DNA from: Promethearchaeota archaeon
GTDB taxonomy: Archaea > Asgardarchaeota > Lokiarchaeia > Sigyniarchaeales > SOKP01
Direction: 5' to 3'
Assembly (NCBI GenBank): GCA_048938025.1
Contig: JBHLMP010000051.1
Span: forward strand, 1 to 24,917
Length of the DNA stretch: 24,917 nt
The stretch's first letter is position 1; every line of letters starts with the position of its first letter. A program made the position numbers and the translations under genes. A model generated the notes under the pieces. That model was given only the letters and a program-made list of their open reading frames with translations. It ran no database searches and was not told where the DNA came from. This document shows, in pieces, positions 1-9,700 of the stretch.

Positions 1-110
1 TTTTTTTGGTTTTTAATGTGAGAGAGAAAAATAGTAAGAATATTCATAAATAACCTAATTATGATTCTTTATTTAAATCCATCAATCAAAAAAATGAAAT
101 ATTTTGGTTT

Positions 111-656
111 TTAAGATATATATTTACTTACAGCTATGCCAACAATAACCAAGGTTCCACTTAAAAATGGAGCAATGAGAGCAAAACCAGGATCATAAAA
201 ATCCCAAAAATCTGGCACAGAATAGCTATCGGGTGGTAATAGAGACATAGTCCATTCAGCAAGGTTAGTTAAAGTAATATCTATTCCAATAATATAAATT
301 ATCGCTGCTACAAATATTATAATGCTCATTCCAAGCCATATACTTGCAAAATCTCTTGTGGTTTTTCTTCCGGTCCTTATACTATTTGCCGAGATAATCA
401 ACACAATTGAGCCAATTAAGATAATTATTGCACTAAAAATCCCTGACAAAAATATTGGTATCATATATTTTGCAGGTTCTTCTAATAGAAAAAAACCAGT
501 ATTTGATCTAGAAGTAATAGAGTCAGTATACCACAATCCCCACATCCAAAAATATTCTTCACTTTCTATTCCTTTATGATAAGCCGCTGGTGTAAACCAT
601 GATATGAGTAATAAAATACCAGCGATTAATGGTATTGTCCAAATATAATCCTTCAT
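111..656 (-). CDS. Hypothetical integral membrane protein (about 4 TM segments)
   Basis: 181-aa ATG ORF with four long hydrophobic segments; no family motif recognised. Confidence 0.8.
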   Translation of the reverse strand: MKDYIWTIPLIAGILLLISWFTPAAYHKGIESEEYFWMWGLWYTDSITSRSNTGFFLLEEPAKYMIPIFLSGIFSAIIILIGSIVLIISANSIRTGRKTTRDFASIWLGMSIIIFVAAIIYIIGIDITLTNLAEWTMSLLPPDSYSVPDFWDFYDPGFALIAPFLSGTLVIVGIAVSKYIS

Positions 657-795
657 ATCTGCTATATCATTTTCACCTTAATATTGGTTTACAAATTTAT
701 AATTACTCAATACACACTTCTATATTTAAAGCCATCAATTAAAAAAGTGAAATATTCAGAAGGAGAATTATTAAATAGAATAAAAAATCAAGATT

Positions 796-1695
796 TTAAT
801 TTTTACTGAAAAATCGGCTTTCCAGTTCTTTAAAATTGTCATGATTCAGAGAGAAAGTATATTTATTCTTATTCTTTCCTCTAATTAATATATTCAATTT
901 GTCAATTTCATTAAGATATTTTGTAATAGTATTATAATGCATCTGAAGTGCTTTAAAAATTTGATATTTAGTACACCCATTATTATGTCTCTTTAAAAAC
1001 TCAATAATTTTTCTACAATTATCATTTGATATGGTATGATAGAGATTATCGTCAATTTTGTTCGAATTGAAATCAAAATAAATATAATGACCATTTATCT
1101 TTTGTGACCTAATTAGATTAAATTTTAGTAGTATATTTAAATGCCAATTTACTAAATAAGAACTTAGATGTAATTTTTTCACTAGTTTATTAGGATAAAT
1201 ACCAGGATTTTCTTTAATTACATTACAAATTTCCTTTCTATTTGAATTCCGTAAAATAGTCTTCCTTGTCAATTTCGATCCTTCTACAATTATGCTCTTT
1301 TTTAAAAGTGAATTAATAACTACTTCTATACCATTACAATTTAAATTTCCATTAGATTTATAATATCTTGATTTAATATAAGAAGATACGTTTTCTCTAT
1401 TGAATACTCTGTTATTGTCTAGAAATTCTTGTATAAGATCAAAAATGTTCATTTCATCTTTTGTTAATTTTACTCCTTCTATTTTTAGTGAAGAATCTTC
1501 ACAAGAGGAGTTAGTTACAGCAAAAGTAAATAATTCAAAAGACGAAAAAATATAAACTTCTTGGTGAATTCTTAAATTCTTATCATCATTTTGTTGTTCA
1601 TCTATTTCAATAAAATTAGTATAAGAAAAAACTGAGAAAAATAATACAACTATTAATAATAAAATGAATATTTTTAATTTTGGTCGTCTTGTCAT
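796..1695 (-). CDS. Winged-HTH (ArsR/MarR-like) transcription regulator with N-terminal hydrophobic segment
   Basis: N-terminal basic then hydrophobic stretch (MTRRPKLKIFILLLIVVLFFSVFSY). NRKEICNVIKENPGIY..L...L.LSSYLVNWHLNILLKFNLI is a typical archaeal wHTH, followed by a second wHTH-like repeat (CRKIIEFLK...GCTKYQIFKALQMHYNTITKYL). Confidence 0.75.
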   Translation of the reverse strand: MTRRPKLKIFILLLIVVLFFSVFSYTNFIEIDEQQNDDKNLRIHQEVYIFSSFELFTFAVTNSSCEDSSLKIEGVKLTKDEMNIFDLIQEFLDNNRVFNRENVSSYIKSRYYKSNGNLNCNGIEVVINSLLKKSIIVEGSKLTRKTILRNSNRKEICNVIKENPGIYPNKLVKKLHLSSYLVNWHLNILLKFNLIRSQKINGHYIYFDFNSNKIDDNLYHTISNDNCRKIIEFLKRHNNGCTKYQIFKALQMHYNTITKYLNEIDKLNILIRGKNKNKYTFSLNHDNFKELESRFFSKN

Positions 1696-1839
1696 ATTAC
1701 AAATTAATTCAAGTTATAAGCATTATATTTATACTATTAAATAACGGTTGGAATTTGTAGGATAATATTTAAAATTGAGTATTTATATCTTTTGGATAAT
1801 TTCTATTTTTGTCAAAAAATAATAATAATATTTATTTCA

Positions 1840-2333
1840 TCAAAAATTAGTCTGGTAACAGATATTTATTGATTTTATTATAGCATAAATTGCAATTGTG
1901 TTGGCTTTTTCTATGCCGATGGTGGTTACGTTTATCTTCACCTCTGTTTTCATCGGTACAGAGTTAATCTCATTTATCGAGGTGATATTTACGATTTCAG
2001 AATATCCAACTTCATTGATACTATAGGTATCGTACCCTGAAAGATGTTTATTATCCCAATGTCTATTAATTCTCCAGAGTTGAAGCTTAAATTCTAATTC
2101 ATTGCCTTGGACAAGGATATCATCATCATTGTCTATGTAATAATGAAGTGCATCGGGAGTCCCATAAAAACAGTTTGTTCACCTTGCACAGTGGTCCAAT
2201 GTCGCAATGTATAAAGGGAATATGATTCTCCTGTACCCTCCTGTTTAAACGATATCACCATTCCTAATTTTGGATTCTTAGACCAGCAAGCGGTTCCTGA
2301 AATAGGATTTATCTTAAAAGATAATCTTTTCAT
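1840..2333 (-). pseudogene. Probable frameshifted hypothetical gene (about 165 codons)
   Basis: The track ORF 2333-2133 overlaps a second minus-strand frame that is stop-free from 2178 to TGA at 1842-1840 (YGTPDALHYYIDNDDDILVQGNELEFKLQLWRINRHW...CYQTNF) and lacks an early start. One extra T in the T5 run at 2170-2166 would join the two frames. Confidence 0.5.
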
Positions 2334-2823
2334 TAAGGAACATTTAATAATCTAAGAAAAAGTAAAAATATTAAGAATTAATAACATTTATTTTTCTCTT
2401 TTGAAAAGATACTGACTCTTTCTACCCTTTTATATAATTATTTCTTCAGTAGGAATAATCTATGTTAAAATTTCTTTTAATGCTTTATATTCTTTGAGTT
2501 GCACATACTCTATCCACTCCTTGAAATTATTCGAATAATTTAAAGAGAAATTGAAAGTCCATTTCCCTTCTTCTCTATTAATCTTGAATTGCCAATCATG
2601 GCTTATTAAAAGGACAAATTTTGGGCAAATAGCCCAGAAAATAATTAGCACTTTTTTTGAGGGAAATATTTAAATAAAACCAATTTATTATTAAATTGCC
2701 AAGAGATAACTATAAAGTTATAGACATTTGCTATATCTTTTTCAATTAAAATTTGTCAGATTAAAGATTTTTTATTTCTATAATCAATAGTCTTCAAAAA
2801 AAATTGAGGGTAAAAGATTTGTT

Positions 2824-3027
2824 TTGAAAGATAAAAAAATAAAGATTGAAGTAATTGATAAAAGAGCAAATAATGTTTATTTTGTTTCAGAAGATTACAA
2901 GATTAAATATAAAAAAAAATTAATTTCACTGAAAGATCTAAAAAAAGAGGGCAAGCAAATTAAAAAATTAATATATCAAGAAGATGGAACGATAGATATT
3001 TTGTATACTGAAAATAATAAGATATAA
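2824..3027 (+). CDS. Small Lys-rich hypothetical protein
   Basis: 67-aa TTG-start ORF with a purine-rich GAGGG upstream and protein-like composition; no motif recognised. Confidence 0.5.
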   Translation: MKDKKIKIEVIDKRANNVYFVSEDYKIKYKKKLISLKDLKKEGKQIKKLIYQEDGTIDILYTENNKI

Positions 3028-3345
3028 GCGAATCGAGAATTAAGAAATTAAAGAAAAAGGTCTCTAATTTTCAAAAACTGATATAAACTTTCTTTTTTCA
3101 TATATTTTTGAATTTATTTATCTTAAAAATCATATATTTCCTTTACAATTTTTTTTTAGATTCTCTATATATCCAGTTTTGAAGAAAATAAAACGAAAAG
3201 AATTCCATATAGCTCGAAAATTAGAAAAGATCGATTATAAAGACAAAGTATCTCGAAAGAAGACTTAAATAACATTCTTTTGTCTTTTCTAATTTCTCAA
3301 AAAAATTACTCTTAATGGAAATTCTAAGTCCTTTTATAAGATAGG

Positions 3346-3519
3346 TTACATAAAAGTGTTTTTCCATTCCTTTATATTCACTAACTCTTCTTCATTTACA
3401 ATCTGAACTGGATGACCAGAATGTAATAAATCAAACTTTTCCAATTGTTTTTTATTGATAAAATTATTTTCAAGAACAGGTACATATTCATGACACTTGA
3501 AACATATTTTTAATCTTAT
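3346..3519 (-). CDS. Small CxxC...HxxH zinc-finger-like protein, non-canonical ATA start (not in ORF track)
   Basis: Manual translation gives (I/M)RLKICFKCHEYVPVLENNFINKKQLEKFDLLHSGHPVQIVNEEELVNIKEWKNTFM*. GGAGG lies upstream and an in-frame TAA sits immediately before the ATA. Confidence 0.6.
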   Translation of the reverse strand: MRLKICFKCHEYVPVLENNFINKKQLEKFDLLHSGHPVQIVNEEELVNIKEWKNTFM

Positions 3520-3671
3520 TTAAGTCACTTCCCTCCATTATTTTTTTGTTTCAATTTCTCTTAATCATTTGTCTTTTTAAAGCTTTTCATTCATTATTTG
3601 GAAGAATTCCAATTTGTAATCCTTTTGGTCATAATAAAATTAATCTTATAAAATTTAAATTTATAATTATG

Positions 3672-4070
3672 CTATTCTTTGCCTAGTTTATAAAGACCAT
3701 AAAATATTAAGGAAGCAAGACCTACTAAACCCAATCCAACACTAAAAACAAAAATCCGTTGTTTCTTTTTTAATTTTATTTGATAGTTTATATACCTAAT
3801 TACATTAGCAACTCCTAATGTTGGATTTAAAGGATCGAATTCAATATATTCAACACCACTCAAAAAAGCTTCAGGATTTATACTTTTCTCAACAAAAGGA
3901 ATTAAATCACTAAACCCCTTTTTCCCAATCCAATATCCAATCTCCTGGCTAACATATTGGGAATCTCTTTCTGTTATATACACTTCAACACCATATGTTT
4001 TTAGATATATCGATAAAGCAATCACAAGCTGAAAATCTTTCGTACTATGTGAAATAAATACTTTTACCAT
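3672..4070 (-). CDS. TIR-domain protein with C-terminal TM helix, apparently internally deleted
   Basis: N-terminal VFISHSTKD (TIR box 1), SQYVSQEIGY containing the Glu at the TIR catalytic position, YIEFD motif, and a C-terminal hydrophobic helix after KLKKKQR. Confidence 0.7.
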   Translation of the reverse strand: MVKVFISHSTKDFQLVIALSIYLKTYGVEVYITERDSQYVSQEIGYWIGKKGFSDLIPFVEKSINPEAFLSGVEYIEFDPLNPTLGVANVIRYINYQIKLKKKQRIFVFSVGLGLVGLASLIFYGLYKLGKE

Positions 4071-4082
4071 AAATTCTTACTT

Positions 4083-4751
4083 TTATTCTTTAGTTAATTT
4101 TCTCTTTTCAAACTCTCTTAATATTTTATCTTTTTCAAGCTTGTCATTATAATATTCAATTGAATCAGATAATTTACTTGACTCTTCTTTCCAACCGATG
4201 TTTTCGAATCTTTTTTCCACATCCTTGTAAATTTCTATTATTTTTTCATACGGACAATCAAGATCAAGGATTCTACCCTTTTTTATTTCTTTTTCATATT
4301 CTTTTGCCATTCTTTCAACATTATCAATCATATTAAAGATTTCTTCGGATTGTTTAAGTTTTCTTTTCTTCTTTTCTTCAAAATTTAAAATCATCTCCTC
4401 TTTATTGAGTGAGAGAATTACTGCTCTGAGAGTATCGATCTCCTTAATTTTATATAATACTTCAGTTTCTTTCTTTTTTTTCGCTATTCGACTTTTAATT
4501 TCACGCAGTTTTTTATCTTTCTCTAATTTTTCTTGATAAAATTTAATTTGATTATTGAAAATCATGGCTTGTTCATTCCAACCGTAATCAATGAGGATTT
4601 GTCTTATATTTTCATACATGTTAATTATTTCTGAATAAGGACACTTTATTTTAAATTTATGTTTTTTAATGGCTAACTCATAATCTCTGGCAATTTTTTC
4701 CACATTATCTATCACTTCTATGACTACTTTACTTTCGAATTTTTCATCCAT
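4083..4751 (-). CDS. Helical protein with two tandem ~80-aa repeats (MIT/TPR-like helical bundle?)
   Basis: Two copies of IDNVE+.A++YE..IKK....CPY..II..Y......GW.E......I.+Y.+KLEKDK.LRE. Start placed at ATG 4751 (MDEK), 13 nt after the Rab stop, rather than at the overlapping 4802. Confidence 0.75.
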   Translation of the reverse strand: MDEKFESKVVIEVIDNVEKIARDYELAIKKHKFKIKCPYSEIINMYENIRQILIDYGWNEQAMIFNNQIKFYQEKLEKDKKLREIKSRIAKKKKETEVLYKIKEIDTLRAVILSLNKEEMILNFEEKKKRKLKQSEEIFNMIDNVERMAKEYEKEIKKGRILDLDCPYEKIIEIYKDVEKRFENIGWKEESSKLSDSIEYYNDKLEKDKILREFEKRKLTKE

Positions 4752-4764
4752 AATTTTTTTTTCT

Positions 4765-5331
4765 TTAAATATTTTTTTTAGTTTTGTTAAAAAGAGATTC
4801 ATGTTTCAGCATAGATCTCGTTAAAAATTTGAAGATTTTTTCGATATTTTGTCCTGTTTTAGAGGAACACTCGAAATATTTCAAGAAGTTATATTTTCTT
4901 AAGATTTTCTTAGCGTATTTTCTAGATAATACTCTTTTTTTATTGAGATCTAACTTTCCACCAACCATTAATAGTGGAATTTTCTTTCCCTCACCTGATA
5001 TACCTTCTTTGAATATTTTTATCCAATCTTCTACATTATTTATACTGGAATAGTTAGTGATATCATACATAAAAATACCTCCTAATGTACCCTTTAGAAA
5101 TACAGGGAAAATAGATTTAAACTGAGTATCACAATTAAAAATCCAAATTTGAAGTGCAATTTTAAAAGAATTTATTTTCAGCCTTTTAATCGCAATATCT
5201 AGACACGCAGGTGGTTTTATTTCTTTACTGACTTCTTCTTGAATACTTTTCTGAATTAATGACGTTTTTCCAACATTTTTTTCTCCAAAAAGGCATATTT
5301 TGAAGATTAAATCATTGCTAATTTCTACCAC
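4765..5331 (-). CDS. Rab/Ras-like small GTPase with degenerate G2/G3 motifs
   Basis: FKICLFGEKNVGKTS (G1), FMYDIT, GGKLD (G4) and ECSSKTG (G5). The expected WDxxG (G3) reads WIFNC. Confidence 0.9.
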   Translation of the reverse strand: MVEISNDLIFKICLFGEKNVGKTSLIQKSIQEEVSKEIKPPACLDIAIKRLKINSFKIALQIWIFNCDTQFKSIFPVFLKGTLGGIFMYDITNYSSINNVEDWIKIFKEGISGEGKKIPLLMVGGKLDLNKKRVLSRKYAKKILRKYNFLKYFECSSKTGQNIEKIFKFLTRSMLKHESLFNKTKKNI

Positions 5332-5383
5332 CTTCTATTTTTAACAGATACCACAATTCAATTAAAATATTAGAATATATTCG

Positions 5384-5404
5384 TATAGAATCCCCTATAA
5401 AAAA
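5384..5404. promoter_or_regulatory. Candidate operator, copy 1 (TATAG-N6-CTATA-A5)
   Basis: TATAGAATCCCCTATAAAAAA, a palindrome in a divergent intergenic region; 18/21 identical to 6389-6409. Confidence 0.4.
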
Positions 5405-5583
5405 CCCTATATAACAATTATATAATTAACTTCCCTAATTTAAATCTTCATTTTTTTGGTTTTTTACCACAAAAATGTATGAAAATTATATTTTAAAAAA
5501 GCATAAATATAAGAAAAATTTTAATTATAATGCCAAAATTTTACAAAATAAGGGAAAATTAAAATTATCTGGATATAAAGAAT

Positions 5584-6123
5584 ATGTCAAAAATAGAAAC
5601 GGATAAGGATTTCACAACTAAATTAAGGAATGAAACTTTTCTTCATTTTGCTGATAAATCTACAATGGGAATTGCAATCATTCAAAGAGGCCATTTAAAA
5701 TATTTTAATGAGAAATTTAGTGAAATCTTTGGATATACTGAAGAAGAAGTTGCTCAATGGAAGAAAAGAGAATTTTATAAAATAGTTCATCCTGAAGATT
5801 TAGCACATTTAGTAGAATTTTTTAAAGTTGAAAATGATAAAAAAACGGTATCATTGCGATTCAGAGGAGTTAGGAAAGATAAGAAAATAGTCAATATCGA
5901 GAATTACATTTGTCATATTAAATATAACAATAAAACAGCATATCTATCTAGTTATATTCTATTAGAAGAACCTTATAATGAATTGTATGGTCCACAGACA
6001 ATAAAAATAACTAAAAAAAAGAAAATCGTATTGGATTATCAAACAGATATTATTAAGCTTCTAAAAGATAATAAAATAAAGTTTGATATCTATAATGCTT
6101 GTTCCTATCGAGAAGAAAATTAA
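5584..6123 (+). CDS. Stand-alone PAS-domain protein
   Basis: MGIAIIQ..LKYFNEKFSEIFGYTEEE....IVHPED PAS signature, with a short basic C-terminal extension and no output domain. Confidence 0.85.
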   Translation: MSKIETDKDFTTKLRNETFLHFADKSTMGIAIIQRGHLKYFNEKFSEIFGYTEEEVAQWKKREFYKIVHPEDLAHLVEFFKVENDKKTVSLRFRGVRKDKKIVNIENYICHIKYNNKTAYLSSYILLEEPYNELYGPQTIKITKKKKIVLDYQTDIIKLLKDNKIKFDIYNACSYREEN

Positions 6124-6296
6124 TCTTTCTTTTCATCTTTTTCTTCAAGGATCTCTTCAAAATGCACGTTATATTTCTTTTTGGGATTAAGGACTTTATG
6201 CTTAATTAAAGCTCGTGGGATATAGACAATAGTATCTGGACCCATTGAAGCTAATTTTATATTTTCCAAAGTAAAGATCTTCTTCTCTTTAGGCAT
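6120..6296 (-). CDS. Small AbrB/MazE/SpoVT-like putative DNA-binding protein (not in ORF track)
   Basis: Manual translation gives MPKEKKIFTLENIKLASMGPDTIVYIPRALIKHKVLNPKKKYNVHFEEILEEKDEKKD* (58 aa). The +..MG...++YIP+.L+.....P...Y.V pattern fits swapped-hairpin regulators. Its stop overlaps the PAS gene stop. Confidence 0.7.
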   Translation of the reverse strand: MPKEKKIFTLENIKLASMGPDTIVYIPRALIKHKVLNPKKKYNVHFEEILEEKDEKKD

Positions 6297-6388
6297 AATT
6301 TAAACCAAATTAGATCATTTTAGATATTTTGCATTATGTTTTATAGAGTATTAAATATTCTTTTCAAGATATAATTTTACTTAGTGTT

Positions 6389-6409
6389 TATAGAAATCCG
6401 TATAAAAAA
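6389..6409. promoter_or_regulatory. Candidate operator, copy 2
   Basis: TATAGAAATCCGTATAAAAAA, 18/21 identical to 5384-5404, lying between the divergent AbrB-like and kinase genes. Confidence 0.4.
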
Positions 6410-6616
6410 GAGAAATTATATAATCAGGCTTTAGACTTGGTTTAATAGATAAAAATGAAATTTAAAATTTTTTTAGGTTCGTATATTAGTTATTTAATCA
6501 ATATTTAACTATGTTAATAAAATATATATATGATTGTTCAGATCATTAATTTTTAAGCAAAGCATTAAATACTATTTCTGTTTTATACTTGATCGTCTAA
6601 AATTTTACCAAATTAC

Positions 6617-6642
6617 ATATGAAAATGTGATATTTTTCATAT
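6617..6642. promoter_or_regulatory. Inverted repeat upstream of the 6-PAS kinase
   Basis: ATATGAAAA-N8-TTTTCATAT with perfect 9-bp arms; the AT-rich context lowers its significance. Confidence 0.3.
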
Positions 6643-6755
6643 TTTTAGACAAAATAGTATGGGTTGGTGAGTGTTTTTAATTGCATTTATTCTATTAATG
6701 TAAAAATTTCATTAAAATTGAAAAATAATAGGAATTTAATAAAGTTCTGGATAAA

Positions 6756-9700
6756 TTGAAAAATAGAGAAAAGGAGTTTAAGAAATCCAGAGAAAAAATG
6801 GGAAAGAATGCCCGTTCCAAGCTTGATCAAATATTTACCATATCTCATTATAGGGGTATGATGAGAGCAGTTCCAGATCGAGGAGCTGATAGCGAAATTA
6901 ATGGTCTAGTTAATAATTATACAGATATTACTAAACACAAGAAAGTAATAAAAGTTCTAAGGGATAATAAGCTATTTCTCCAATATGTCTTTGATGGGAT
7001 CCAAGAGGGAATTAGCATACTAGATAAAGACCTAAATATTATCGAAACCAATTATTGGATTGAAAATATGTATGAATCACAGATTCCTTTAATTGGAAAG
7101 AAATGTTACGTTATCTATCAAAAAAGAAAGTCTCCATGTCCTTGGTGTCCATCTTTACTAACTCTGAAAACAGACGATGTGCATAGCGCTATTGCACCAT
7201 ATCCCTCGATTGAAAATCCAATCAGGTGGTTGGAAATTATTACATATCCTTTCAAAAATTCTGATGGTTTAACAATAGGAGTAATTGAATATATAAAAGA
7301 TTTCACTGAACACAAACATATGCAAGAAAAGTTGCAGGAAAGCGAAAATAAATTAAAAAAAATAAATAGTATCTTAGAAAAAAAAGTAGAGGAAAGGAAT
7401 AGAAAATTAAAAGAATCTGAGGAGAAATATAGATTTTTATTTGAAAATTCCCCATATGCAATAACTTTAATTGATTTATCTGGAAAAATTATTGATTGTA
7501 ATCCTTCATTAGAAAGATTATTCAACTATAATAAAAATAATCTGATTGGAAAAAATTTTAAGAATCTAGCAATAATACCAAAAGATTTTTCACAAACCTT
7601 AAGTGAAGCTTTTGATGCATTAATTAGAGGGAGGACTATCGAATCATTAGAACTTCAACACTTTCCTAAAGATGGAAATATGATTTGGACTAAATCCAAA
7701 GCTTCTTTAGTTAATTTAGGGGATAAAAAATTAATTCAGGTATTAACTGAAAATATAACACAAATGAAAGATACACAATTAAAATTAAAAGAATCTGAAG
7801 AAAAATATCGAACTTTGACGGAACAATCATTTATAGGAATAGCAATTGCTCAAGATAATAAAGTCAAATACATAAATGATACCATTACCAAAATATCAGG
7901 ATATACAGTTCAGGAACTGAAAAAATTCACTTTTGAAGACATAAAAAATGTAATACATCCTGATGATTCGGATTTCGTTCTTGACCAATTTCGAAAAAAA
8001 CAGAGAGGAAATGTAAATATAATTAAGAATTATCAATATCGATTGTTTAAGAAAAACGGTAATATAATTTGGATTGATAGTTACTCTAAACCAATAATTT
8101 ATGAAGATAAGCCTGCTGATTTTATTACAGTGATAGATATAACAGATCGTAAAAAAGCAGAGGAAGCATTAAAAGAATCTGAAGAAAAATTTAGAAGAAT
8201 TGCGGAACATACTTTCATCGGGATCGACATTATTCAAGATAATAAAATTGTATATTGTAACCAAGCCCTTTCAGATATTGCTGGTTATTCAAGAGAAGAA
8301 ATTTTACACTCAAGTATTAATGATTTAATAGAATCCATTCATCAAGATTATCGTGAATCAATATTGGATTATATAAATACTTATCAACAAGATGCAGAAA
8401 AGTCATTTTCTGAAGTAGAATTTCCATTTTATAACAAAAAAGCAGAGTTAAAGTGGGTACGTGCCAATGTAAACACGATAAATTACTTAAAAAGGAATGC
8501 TATGTTAACAACTTTAATTGATATTACAGAGAAAAAGCAAGCAGAATTAGCTTTAAAAGAGTCTGAAGAAAAATTTAGAAATATCGCAGAACAGTCCTTA
8601 ATGGGGATAATTATCTTACAAGATGGGGTATTTAAATATTTTAATGATAGAATTTCTAAAATGAATGCGTATTCGGCAGAAGAGATGAAAGATTGGGCAC
8701 CTAATGAATTTTTAAAAGCTATTCATCCCGAAGATAGAGAATTCGTGATGGAACAAGCACGTAAAAAGCAAGCAGGCGATCTAGAAGTGATCCATCAATA
8801 TCGATATAGAACAATAAGGAAAAACAGAGAAATTAGATGGATGGAAATCTTCTCGAAAACAATAACTTATGAAGGTCGTCCTGCCGATTTAGCAATGATA
8901 ATTGACATTACTGATAAGGTCAAAGCTGAGAAACAATTAAAAGAATCTGAAGAGAAATTTCGAAATCTTATAAATAATATTTCTGATGTTTTGATGGAAG
9001 GTGATATAGATGGTACAATTACTTATATAAGTCATAAAATTTATGATTTAGCTGGATATCTCTCAGAAGAATTAATTGGATTTAAATTTTTCGAATTTAT
9101 TCATCCAAATGATAAAGTCTCTTATAAGAAATTAATAAGCCAATTTAAAAAAGCTGGAGATAAATTTACCATGGAATTAAGAATGTTTCACAAAAAAGGG
9201 TATTATGTACCAATTTCTGCAAAATTCAGTTTAGAGGAGATCAATAAGAAGTTAAAAATCTTTGTCGTTATCAGAGACATAACTGAAAAAAGAAAAATTG
9301 ATAAGATGATGAAAAAAGAAATCGAAAAATTAAAAGAAATTGATCGAATTAGGAATAATTTAGTACGGAGAATTTCACATGAATTAAAAACTCCCTTAAT
9401 TTCAATATTTAGTGGATCTCAATATTTATTGGAGAAATACAAAACACAATTGAATGATAACATCCAAGATATTGTAAAAATTATTCATAAGGGTGGATAC
9501 AGATTAAAAAATTTAGTTGATAATTTACTTTTTGCTTATAGTATAGAATCAAATGAACTTATTCTAAATCTAAAAAGAGAAAATTTAATTCCAATTATTA
9601 AAAATTGTATTAATGATTTAATTTTCATTGCTAATAAACGTCAAGTGTTCATAAATGTTGAACTTATCAAAGAATTATATTTAGAGATAGATAAATTCAA

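Noticed and set aside
2170-2181. TGA-ACA-AAC-TGT on the minus strand could read as a selenocysteine UxxC motif
   Set aside because: Read-through gives only a short upstream extension before a TAA, there is no recognisable selenoprotein fold, and no SECIS was seen; a frameshift is simpler.
2460-2651. 63-aa minus-strand ORF
   Set aside because: Weak GTG start, no motif or clear RBS; possibly a gene remnant but not supportable.
3179-3268. 29-aa basic ORF (MKKIKRKEFHIARKLEK...)
   Set aside because: Too short, and expected by chance in A-rich DNA.
7400-8965. Recurring (T)TAAAAGAATCTGA(A/G)GA motif at roughly 380-bp spacing
   Set aside because: Encodes the ordinary LKESEEK linker between PAS domains; not a CRISPR or other DNA-level repeat.
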